A DNA stretch of 64,000 nt from Enoplolaimus lenunculus (taxonomy: Eukaryota), in assembly GCA_030248215.1 (NCBI GenBank), contig JASANG010003130.1, forward strand, positions 1 to 64,000, written 5' to 3'. The position numbers and the translations under genes are program-made. Position 1 is the first letter of the stretch; each line of letters starts with the position of its first letter. Below, in pieces: positions 49,591-61,396 of this stretch. The notes beneath the pieces were generated by a model that was given only the letters and a program-made list of their open reading frames with translations, was not told the origin of the DNA and did not search any database.

Positions 49591-52228
49591 CCCACTGTCA
49601 GAAGTGCACGGTCGGGACGACACCTTTCTCCGAAGTACCGCGAATATACATGGTTTTCCCTTTAATTTTTTCACGCGGCCGACGTTGTGATTTTCCCTAG
49701 TACTATATATGCGCGTGTATGTAATTGTCTATTACACACTACACACATACATATGGTACGCCATGTATACCAACACCCACCTTCGACCATGTCCCCAAAT
49801 TGCAAAATCCCTGCTTTGACCATATCCCGACTTCCTAAAATCTCAAAATCACTCCTTCTCCCAAATACCTGAAATTCATCTGATGGGATGGTGGAATTCT
49901 GGGACGGAAGCGAGGTTACCATGGGTCCTGATATAATTTGTACACACACATATATATGTATATTTATATATATGTTTATATATAAGCATATATATATTTA
50001 GATATATAATTTTTAATTGAGAGTTGAAATTATTATACTATTCGGCGATCACTGTTTTGTATGGCTTCGCAAACGGTCTGTGTTAATTTTATTCAGACGT
50101 GTGGGCGCTGTACAAAGAAACATTGTTTACATCTGCCGAGCATTCTTTCGTATCTTTAAATAATTTTAGGTTTAATCACGAAAAATTTTCTGTCCATAAT
50201 CGATTGAATGTCAAACACACAAAGTGTGACTTATTTGTCCACATACCACAGACCCAATTTTGCTGCGCCAAAATTTGAGTTCAAATCTTTTATTTATTTG
50301 TAATTTTTGTATTGAAGTTACAGTACTTTCTTGCAATTCTCAACACTTCGAACGTACCAAATCGGATTTCGATATTTTCCTCAAACATGCAAGCTTGGCT
50401 TTTTTCGCTTAAGAAAAATGACGTCATAAACTTTAAAAGTGTACTACTTTCAATTTCTGCCTTGATATTGTGAATATAAAATCGTCATCAGGACAGAATA
50501 ATTTCTCATTTCGCAATTTGGACGTAAATTAAGGTTGACTGCTTATTACAGCGTTCAAGTAACCTGGAAACGCCACGCTTGCCGATATATATTTATTCCG
50601 CAGAATGCATTCAGTTGATACTCGAAAAGGTTGTGTATATTGCGTAAGAAAATTATATATAAAGTCAAACTATGTTTCAAAAGATTTAAATAAATTAAAG
50701 TTGCAGCAAAAGTACAAAAATTGTTTGAAATTCAACTTTTAAAGGTTTATTAAACGAAGCCTACATGCTAATCGTAGCATAGCAATGTGAAGAATATTTG
50801 AAACAAGCAAAGGAGCTGCAGAAAAGTGTCACAGAGGGCAGTTTTATAATATTCGATTGATAGTTTTGCTGTTATTTCGAAGTTCCATCGATTTTTTGAT
50901 CGCCTAGAATATGCGCGTATAAACTTTGAACAAACCAGCGTATCTGTTGTACAGAAATGCTAACAATCGTATAAACAATCAGAGTCTGTCAATGTCTGAC
51001 CGGATAGTAGTAATTTACCAGATACCGGAGCGGGATGTTTACCCCAGCTAGCATTTAAAACTGTGACCGGATATTTGAAGGGTATATAAACTAGGTTTTG
51101 TAAAAATTATCGCGCTTTCACTCTTTGTTATTTGTGTTAAAACTTTGAGAAAACAATTTTTTCATACGTTTAGCCATAAAGCGCTTTATCGGATGCGCCA
51201 TAATATTCTCACTCACATGTTTTGAGCCATAACCAATAATCGCAAACAATGGGCGTTCTTTGCTTTCATCAATGATAACATTATTATCCTTTTGTTGACC
51301 CATTTTAACTATATTGGCTTGCATACTTAGTCTAAGTCTAAACCTGGATCTAAACCTAAACCAAATCGTACAGTTTAATGACATTCATTCCTATATGATA
51401 GGTCTGTTTAGAAATTAGCATAGGAAAAATGGAAAATAAGTCGGAGCAAATTATCAAAAAATGCTCACATAATACGAAGGAGTGCGCTTTTCATGCCATT
51501 GTCTCAATATCTCAGTTTGATTTCGTCCCATGAAACCGGTCAAATGAATGGAGTCAACTCGAACCCCAAAACAAAATGCGAGTCGTCTTCCTCCAGGTTT
51601 GCGTTCGCTTTCAAAAACAGGTTTACTCTAATAAAACTGAGATTTAATATTTGTGAAACTTGGTTTATGGTGTAATCTGTTGTAATAGTTTTTGTCTGAG
51701 ACAATTAAACCGGCATCGTTTTATTTTTATCAGACAATTGTAATCTCGGCCAACTCTATTGCTCTCCCCACAGAAAAGCGGTACGTCCCATACTACTTAC
51801 GGTTCCGGCCCTGTTCTATACATGGGCCAAATTTACTTTCGACTACGAAGCATCGTATATCTTTTATCAATCAGTAGTACCTTATTCGTTGTTACAAAAA
51901 TTTCAATTTTCTATTTTCACACAATGATTGACGCAGCACAGTCTGGCAGAGACGAATCATAATGAGGGCCAGTGAGGCCGCGGCCGTAGGGCCCGAGGCT
52001 TAAACGGGCGCTTGACGAGTGTCCCAAACAAAAATTTTTGAAACAAGAAATATATTTTGATTCGTTTTATCAACCTTATTTTCTAGTCGAGCAACAGAGA
52101 CTGACTTCAGGGCTTGGTTAAATCATGAACAATGCCTACAGTCTGCAAGTACTTGAGAGGACCTTTAATGAGTTATCTTGTTTACAAACGGCAAGACGCG
52201 TCTAAATTAGTCCGTACTGCAGTAGTCT

Positions 52229-53190
52229 TTGAGCGAAGCGAAACTCCGAGCGAAGCTCGAAGTTTCGCGAAGCGTTTTATGTTTTGTACTTGGGGGTCGA
52301 AAGGTGGATGTCCGTCTGTCCGTCTGTCCGTCTGTCTGTCCGTCTGTCCGTCTTCTGTCCGTCTTCTGTCCGTCTGTCCGTCTGTCCGTCTTCTGTCCGT
52401 CTGTCCGTCTGTCCGTCTGTCCGTCTGTCCGTCTGTCCGTCTGTCCGTCTGTCCGTCTGTCCGTCTGTCCGTCTGTCCGTCTGTCCGTCTGTCCGAAAAG
52501 AATCTCAGGAACGGCTGAACCGATTTTGATAATCTTTTTTGTTTGAAAGCCAATTATCCTGGGGTGTTAACCTCGCATTGGGGTTTTAATATTTTAAGCC
52601 GTTTATTAGCTCCAGGCCAATTAGGATAATTAATTAAGCCTAAATTAGTTCTTTCCGCAATATTTCACTAATTATTGCAGTTAGAAGCAATCTAATTTTA
52701 GCATTAAAAAGTTTTTGGGTGTGAGAAATCTGCGTAGACTGTTTACAAACCTCCAAAACCGATACTTGAGCAGCTAGCTAATAGATAATTTGCATATTAG
52801 CATAGTTTATAAGCCTAAATTAGGACTTTTTACAATATTTCGCTAATTATTAAGGTTAAAAGCAATATAATTTCAGCACTATCGGGTTTTTAGGTGAGCG
52901 AAATTTGAATAAATAGTTTACAAACATCCAAAACCGATAATTAAATAGTTAGCTCATAGCTAATTTGCATATTAGCTTAATTGACAAGACAAAATTAGGA
53001 CTATTTAAATTATTCCAAAAATTATTAGGGTGGCTGACGGGTTTTTGGATGCGAGGAATCTGAGGACATTGCTTACAAACCTCCAAAACCGACAAATGGA
53101 TAGTTAGCTAATAACTAATTTGCGTATTACCTTAATTGCTTACGTGTGTTCGAGCTTCGCTCAATAAAAGTAGTTCCGCTACGACTGGTT
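52229..53190 (+). mobile_element. Non-autonomous Helentron/DINE-1-like element (HINE), full length
   Basis: Inserted in T-rich ends. 5' subterminal TGAGCGAAGC mirrored by 3' GCTTCGCTCA. (GTCC/GTCT)n microsatellite 52310-52494, internal ~155-175-bp tandem repeats, 3' stem-loop GTAG-TTCCG-CTAC before GACTGG-TT. Confidence 0.8.
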
Positions 53191-53828
53191 TAATAAACGT
53201 TAATTAGCAATTCTACTTAATAATAAGTTAATCACGCAATGAACAGCTGAATTTGTTGTTATGTTTAACTTATGAGTATATATAAGGTTTTTTAGTTAAC
53301 AAGAAAACAGAATTATTTTCCCTCATTTTTGAGTTACTCCACGATTGTAGGGTAAATGGTGGCTAATGGCACCAGACGGCAGTGCCGACGAAAGCGCGCC
53401 GCAAACCCCCACTAAAATTTTTTTGGCGAACCATGAAGTAAAAAAGTTGTAAATATTATATGAACGCCCCAAGGACCTGTTTGGGGTGTTGCTGACAGTC
53501 GTGACGCCGGCCCTGCTTTGTGGTTCGGTGACGTACGACGAGCATAGTGACGCGTTTTTAGATGTATACGCCAATGTACGTACAAGGGTGAAGTCAGATT
53601 GGATTCAGGGTCAAACCATCCTTGGATTTTGTTCAAGCGTTTTTAGGCATTCTTTCAGTTCGTAACACAAGAAACTTCCCTTCAAAAATTTCACGGGACG
53701 TTCTCTTTTGTTCTACAATGTTGGCTAGGTCTATACGTATGTAAACTCTTCTCATGTCTCTAAAATAACAGGCACATAGCTTTTAAGCTGGCTAGCAGCA
53801 GAGAACAACAAGTATGAAAAGTACTAAA

Positions 53829-54051
53829 TTCAGAGCCCGTACTCTGAAATGCGTGTAGCACCTATTACCAGTTGGTGATAGGTTTTGTAACTTTCGAACC
53901 AGGGAATAGAAAGGCTTGAAATTCAACACATTTACTGCAATCGATTTACTCTATTTCCGCACAAGTTTGAAGATTTGCAATTGCAGCAGTTCCTTATTTT
54001 CAAAACCTACTAACTGGTGATAGGTGCTTTGTGCAATTGAGAATATGGGCC
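53829..54051. mobile_element. Palindromic MITE
   Basis: GAGCCCGTACTCT...AGCACCTATTACCAGTT / AACTGGTGATAGGTGCT...AGAATATGGGCCC. Confidence 0.55.
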
Positions 54052-54119
54052 CAGAACTCAGTAATTAAACTGAAATTGACGGAGTTAAATTTTCTATGTT
54101 TAACAATAAAATCAAAATA

Positions 54120-54329
54120 ATGAGTTGTGAAAAATGTCTGGTTACTCATAGAACGACAGCAAGTTTTTTGAAAATGCCAACAATGTCACTGCCGAAGTTG
54201 TCTGATTGGTTTGAGAAAATTTTACAGTGGCCGAAATCAAAGTTAGATTGTTTGATGGAAATCTATTCAGACTTTATACGGTTGGACTTTGCTAAATCAT
54301 ATCAGGAATTTGGCTTACAATTACACTAA
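54120..54329 (+). mobile_element. Possible decayed CR1/L2-type reverse-transcriptase fragment
   Basis: ...LSDWFEK...KLDCLMEIYSDFIRLDFAKSY resembles the LINE RT motif LDxGxxVDVIYLDFAKAFD. Confidence 0.25.
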
Positions 54330-57150
54330 ATTCTATGTTCTGTTGTCATGCCTAGTTTTTCTACCGTCCTATTGTTCCAATGTGTCATTTGTCTACTTGC
54401 TCTTTAGCCAAACTAAACTGTTGGATTATTATATTTAAATATAACACAACAGTTTTTAGACCGTCACATTAGCGTCCAATACTTTGAGTGACGTACCCGT
54501 TTTCTGCCGGATTCCAATAAAGCGGGCTTAATGTTTCAACTAATGTTTTGATTAGGCTTATACTTAGGTTTAGAACCAGGTTAAAGTTACAGGGTTATTG
54601 TTTACGCTGACTTAGGCTTAGGAAGAGGAATATGCTTATACTCGTGTTCAGGTTGTAACCGGATAACCGTATTTGTTTCAAATAAAAACTGGTGATTCTT
54701 TCGATTCGCGTTGTAGACATACTGGAAATTGCGCTATGCTATGCAGCTACATTGCAATTGTTTGACACAAAACAAAAATGACAAGATTCGTTAAGTCGCA
54801 AAAAATTTTAAGTTTATCCGTCAATTTTCGTTAACATTGAGATTGCAATTGAGTAAGTTTAAGTGCTTAAGACTATTTTTTATTATGATTAGGCTTAGAT
54901 GTACCTATTTCCTGACGCTTAGGCTACAGTTTGGCTGTACTTTATATACTACTGTTATGGCTCCGATCTATATGTTTGCCAGTTTACCTCAAACCAATTT
55001 AATATGCTTTGTGTCAGGCTAATAATGACTGAATTTTGGTGCGTTCATTCAATTGTGTGATCATTACACCTCACGCATTTACGAAAATAACCTGGTTAAT
55101 CGAATGTCTTTGTCTTTAAAACCTTTGCAAAGTATAAAAATAGACTTCTCACTTAATTAGCATTTTAGGTTTGGCTGTAAAAAAATAGCGGATTGTGTTG
55201 TGTTATACTCAGGATGCGACAACTAGGGTATTTAAGTCCGCCACATGAGAGATAAATCTCATTATATATAAAATGCCAACCAGAAGCGCAGAAACTATCA
55301 ATACTGTAGAGGCGAAAAGTTACAGAAACATGAAAAACGAAATGTTTAACCTGAATTTTGACCAAAGTTGTAACGTTTTTGACATCGTATAGCGGATTGG
55401 TGTAACTCGTTGGCCAGGTGCCCGCCCCTTGCGGGGCAGTTGGTGGTAGACACCGCAATGGTTGTACCAAGAGTGCATGATACAAGAGTGTGCAACTCAT
55501 TCCATCCCGCATGGTACAAAATGTACCGCCGGGTGTTGCATTTTTGGCCGACCCCTCCATTCGTTTTGGAGAGTAGGATCGCTGTCACATGCAATAGCCC
55601 TAAATTATATTATAAGCGGAGCAATTTGTTACCTGATACATAGAGTGTCAAGGTTTGAATAGGTTGTGCTCCCCTCTAAATAAAGGGGTAGGCCAAAAAC
55701 GCAACACGTGCCGGGTACACTCTGCAGTTCTAAGAACTTTTGCTGACCAAATCACGTTTAGCAAATTTCGGACGGGGGGCGGAACGTTTTTCTGTGGGAC
55801 TGCAATAAAGTAAGCTTAAGCTTTACATTATTTTTGTTTTGGCTTAGGCTTAGGTATATATAAGCGCATTCTTCCGCTTAGGCTTAGGTTTAATAAGCTC
55901 AGCAATATGCTTATACTACTGTTACGGCCCTTTTCTATGCATTTGGTCATGTTCGTTGAGAATGAAAACAAAATGAAATGGTCGTTGTGAAAAACTTTTT
56001 AATCGTCAAAACAAAATTTGAACGAAAATAGATGCACAATTCGGTAATTTAAGCTCGGGTAGTTTGCTATTTGTGTCTGTAGAACTACGTAGAATGGGAA
56101 AATAATTAACGTTGCTTTTAGATGCCGTTGTAATAGCATCAGCAGTAAGAAATGGTAAATTTTAACTATTATGCGTTACATTTAGGTTGCTATTTATTCC
56201 ATGCTTAACATCTTCTGAACCCAAGCATAATTTATCAGATTGCTATGTTTTCGCTCGAAATTTTGTTTTAATCATTTAAATATTTCTAAGAATAATAATT
56301 TTAAATATTTTTAAACATAGTAGTTGTTTGTATAATTCTCAGAACAAGTTTCAATTTGATAACAATTATAACGAATGCATACCGGAAGTGGAAACGGAAA
56401 CAAATAATTACTAAACAGCTTTCTGGTTGTTATTGCCAAAATTTCATAAACTGTTGCGGAATATTTTGATGAAAGATATTCCGTATTTTGTGGGTTTACA
56501 AATCAGCCGTTATTCAATTTTTTTGGATTCTTTATTTTTTTCGAGAAGCAAATCAGTATATCTCGCATTTTTATTTTGTCCTAATGGGTGCAAAAAGATA
56601 AACAACAGGAAAAGCACAATTTTTAATCTATAACATGTTAGTCTTTGGAAATAGCATGCGTGCTGACCCGAATTAGAGGGGGCTGATGTTTAATATGCCT
56701 CGTTAGAGGATACCCCCTATTATTCGGCATCGGACTGTTATTTATTTTTAACCCGCCTTTGATACTGATATATATCCGGTATTACAACTATCCGTTGGAT
56801 TAAACATTTATTTGTCTTGTGTCAATAGCTTGAGCGATAATGCAAGGTTATTCTTAGGAATTTACTTCCAAAACTTCTGTACGCTTTAATGTTTCGAACT
56901 CAAATTATCTGGTCCTGGAGTCATTTATGCGCTACAATTAGGCATAATTGACATTTTTGGAACCTAATTATTAGGGTTTAGGGACTCTATCCGCTTACGG
57001 ACTCTTATTAGGGATACGGACTCCTATTGATTGGGACTCAGAATTGGGTCCTTCCTCTTATTATCCCTCTCTTATTCGGATTATTACCGTATTGAAAGCA
57101 AAAAAACGACGCACAAAACTGTTAAAAATTGTTTTATTCTCTACGCCTAG

Positions 57151-57300
57151 CATTCGGAACAAGTTTTGCTATATGTGCCCGAGCCCTGATAACTTGTTTG
57201 ATTGGCTAAAATGGCTACAGGCTGCACCTGGCTATTTTTGCTTCATGTTCACTACAACCAATGATGAAGCAGCAAAATTTAAGGTCTGCCTGAGGACGTG
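57151..57300 (+). CDS. Possible orphan exon
   Basis: ttttattctctacgcctag| ... |gtaaat, 150 nt, phase 2-2, open: IRNKFCYMCPSPDNLFDWLKWLQAAPGYFCFMFTTTNDEAAKFKVCLRTW. No partner exons found. Confidence 0.3.
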
Positions 57301-60132
57301 GTAAATTTTTTGTACTGTTTTTATACATGCGCTATTCATACAGTTTGCTACTAAACTTTACAGTACTTGTGAAAGATTTATTGCCGAAATTTATCAAAAA
57401 GGAATCTTAATAACTAGCAGCCCCTAAAAGGGTCAGAGGGACGGGATACACTTATCTGTTACAAATTACTTTAACCATCTGATACTAAATTTTTTGAGCA
57501 AATACGCGTGAAGCATATGTAAATTTTCGGCCACTTTTATTGGTGTATTAACAGCACTATAATCATATTACTAAGCCTAAGCTTCAGCGTTAAAATAAGC
57601 TGATAACTAAGTCTATATCAAGGCCAAAGCCTAAGCCTATACAATAAAAACAGTTTAAAGCTTAAGCTTTACTCTGTTATAATCCCGTGAATAACTGCCT
57701 TGCCTCTCAAAGTCACATGTTCCTAAATTTTCGTCCTTATAAATTGCATGAAAAAAGTGATCATACAACAAAAGTTGACTAAAAATTAGGGCTCGTATGC
57801 GTTTTCCACCTACAAAATTATTAAGGCTTAAGCAACGGCGCAAGAACCAAAATTAGTTATATTTACATTTTTAACGAGTTAATTTTCCTTAAAAAATTTT
57901 GTTCTTTAATAATTTTTCGCTGCTTACTTTCTACCGTACTTTCTAGATTTAGGGGTTGAGAGAATTTTGATAAACGTAGCTTTTCGGGCTGGTGTTTATC
58001 CTGAACCATGAATACATGCCATTGGAATGAGAAATCTGAACAAATAAACTACTGCCAAAAACTTGCCACGTATTCAAGAATCGTAATTTCCAGGGGACCA
58101 CAGTGTTAAAATTGAGAAGGCAAAGCTGTTCGACGAAACCTAAGGTTTCGGCCCAATTTCTTTACTAAAGATCAGCATCAATTGTTTATTCAAGATAGCT
58201 AATTTAAAAATCAAACAATTTCTTCAGAGCAATTATGCAACAAGATATCATTGTAAAATCGGAACCCAGAAAATTAAGATATTTTAAAACGCGGCTTTCA
58301 GGCCGTCTCAAAAACAAAATTTTCACAACATTTACCAAAGGTTTTTAGGATATGCGAAGCAACATCGCTTTTTATTACCTAGAGCTAGTTTCACATCCAA
58401 CTCCGACTGCATCAAGTCTGTTGATATCTGGCTCCGTTTTTTTATTTTCCTTTGCAACCTGGAGTCAGGCAGTTTCGGTTGACTCAACTAAGGCATGATT
58501 TTTTCGTGCTGATGTATTCCACTTTCATCTTATAAACACTAGCGGATCCAGTGGGAGGGCGGGTGGCTGCATAAAGGTCTTTACATTATTTTGCGTTTCA
58601 TAACATTTGCCAGCCCGCCCCCCGTCAAAAGATTTTGGATCCGCCTTTGCTTATAAAATGATTGTTGTAAATATTTTGTATTTTGAATTTCATGTGCTAA
58701 AGTTTTGCCGAAATCACAGCCACAAGTGTATGACCATGTAGCGAGCAAATGCAACTTTTAGACCTCTGCCCTTCTGTAGTGTGAACACTTTGGTTGCGAT
58801 GCTTATATCATATGTTATAAAATCTTGAGATATACATACTTAGTAAAATAGTCATGTGATTCTCTTAGTGCCAGTTTGGCACCAGTCTTGTCAGTCATTA
58901 ACGTCTTTGTATTTGTTGAAAAATGATGTTTTCCGATTTTTCCGTTTTTAAAATAAAATATGAAAAAACCCTTTTAGGGTCGATTATAATTTTTCGGATA
59001 ACACCAACCCCATTTGAAACCATGACATCGTCAACAAATTGCAAATGCCGCGTGCATTTAAATTTAAATTCCAAACAAATTTTCAGCTGTCTGCTTCGAA
59101 AACCAGCACAGGCCCGTAGCCAACTCACCTTGGAAAGGGGGGGGGGCTAAAAATTTTTCAGGAGAGGCATTCAAGTAAGTGTTTTTAATGAGTTATAAGC
59201 AGGGTTGAAAATTTTTTAGGGTGGCCGAAATTTTTCCAGGAAGGGCAAGCCCCTCCCCCTGCCCCCCCCTTGGTTACGGTTTCGAACCAGTACCAGTCAG
59301 TGTGCGTTTTAAAAGTATAGTATTCCACATTTTCCCCGAGCCGGGCACTTTCCTGCTTAAGCCCACGCCGCGGGCGGCGTTCCAAACATTTTTAGGTACC
59401 ATGAACATATATGAAAACGAGAGTACACCAATTCATGCCACTTTAACCAAAACTGGTTCTAGTTTTTTTTTCGGTTTTAGTTTTGAGACAATTTAGTTTC
59501 AACGCCAGGTTTATGCACCGTCTATCTGGCCAGCTCCGGAGATAAAAGCTCATGATACGTCAAATTCATGGCGTAGCCACCAGGTTCATGCCGGTTTTCT
59601 CAAGTTTTTGAAGCGTTAATATTGCATTTGTCGGTTGTGCGATATACATGCTGATTGCGGAATCTGGTTTGTACTGCACACATACAGGGGTAACCAGGAA
59701 TGTGGTGCGAGAAGGCACACGTCAATTTATACCTGCTTATAAGTTTTGTCTCAGCTAACGTTTAGCTATTAACAGTAATAAACTTTGTCAAGGTCATAGC
59801 AGTATGTCGTGGCGTTTTGGTGCCCACTTTTTCTGGTTGGTCCACTGGCTGTACATGAACACACGGGATTGGCTAGCCAAATTGGTTGTTCTGCTTTTTT
59901 TTGTTAGGACCGTAAACCTAATCGCTAGGTTTGGTAAACATAAGTCAATCTTAACCAATGTAAATATGACAGTTTTTATAAACTTAAACCACGTAGTCGT
60001 TGTCTGTTCAGTATATAATTTGTACTTTTATTTCCTGGAATAATAAATACCAATGAACGTGGTTGCACTATTCAACAGCACGAAAAAGCAACGGTACGCG
60101 CCAATGTTTTGGGTTGTTAATTGTACAGCTAA

Positions 60133-60403
60133 GGGTTGCGGTATACTTGACGTTCGGCGCCGTCCGTCACGGTCCGTCATCCATACGGCGCCGTCTGTCA
60201 TCGTCCGTCACCATACGTTATCGTACGTGAGTTACATGGGCACGATACCACACTGTGACGGACGGCGTAGTACGGCTGACGGACGGCGCCAGACGGTACC
60301 GTGCGGATGACGGACGGCGCCGGACGGTACCGACGGACGGCGCCGGACGGTACCGTGCGGATGACGGACGGCGCCGCACGTCAACAAAATTATATCGCAA
60401 CCC
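60133..60403. mobile_element. Palindromic GC-rich MITE (PIF/Harbinger-like termini)
   Basis: TAA-GGGTTGCGGTATA...TATATCGCAACCC; inverted arrays of CGCCGTCCGTCA/TGACGGACGGCG. Confidence 0.65.
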
Positions 60404-60879
60404 AAACTCTGCAAATCGTAAAGAATGTAATTACGGGAATTTTAATATTTATTATAGTTGTACTATATGATTTTGCAATTTTTGTAATGCCTCTAACCAG
60501 TGAATAGAGAAATTTTTGAAGCCAAATGACATTTTAGTACTAACCTTAATACAAAATTTTAGTTTGTTGTTAATCAATGTTGTGTTCTGCGGCGAAATAA
60601 GGTCTCCAGGGCCAGAAAAAAAACACGAAAAGATCAAGTGTGCAAAAATTTTCAAAATTCAATCATTTTTAAGCAAATCCGAGCTGGGGTTGCATAACCG
60701 AAAAGACACAAAATTTCATAATTGTCGTTGAAATTTAGCCAAAAGTAATTTACAGCCCTCAATAATTGACGTAATTTATATGTAAATTTATTAGAACTTT
60801 ACTCGCGCGAGGCAACCAATTATTGACCAACGACATAATGCGTCGTCCACAATAACGTGCGTACGCTGTGTGGATTTTT

Positions 60880-61396
60880 GAAACTTCAATTGACGGTTAC
60901 CCTCAACAAATTTATATTTGTCGATAGCAGTTGTCAATTGAAAATATTTGTATCCAGTTTGAAATTTCAATTGACGGTTGCTGTACTATTCCAAAATTAG
61001 CAACCGTCAACGAAACAAATTTCTGTATAGCAGGCGTCAACGGCTATTCTGGTTCGTATAGCAATCGTTGACGGAGAAACCATTTTTTCGATGGCAACCG
61101 TCAACGAGTGCCGAGTTAACAACAGAGAACTGCCAATCGGTTTACGAAGTTCTTACAGCAACCGTCAACAGAAACAACAATTCTTGACGGCAAACGTCAA
61201 TTGAAAATTTTCTTTTGGAGGGCAACCGTCAATTGAAAATTGTGATCTACCACAACCGTCAATTGAAAATTTTTTATTCAGACGGCAACCGACAACTGAA
61301 AATTAAACTTTTGACGGCAACCGTCAACTGAAAATTTTTATTAGACGGCAACCGTCAATTGAAAATTTTTATTTACTTGGCAACCGTCAACTGAAA
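60880..61396. repeat. Array of ~32-bp spaced GCAACCGTCAATTGAAAAT motifs with inverted copies at the left
   Basis: More than 12 forward motifs at 61000-61396; reverse motifs (TTCAATTGACGGTT) at 60885 and 60966. Confidence 0.85.

Noticed and set aside
51118..51384. 88-aa minus ORF with a strong gtgagt donor
   Set aside because: No recognisable homology and no partner exons found.
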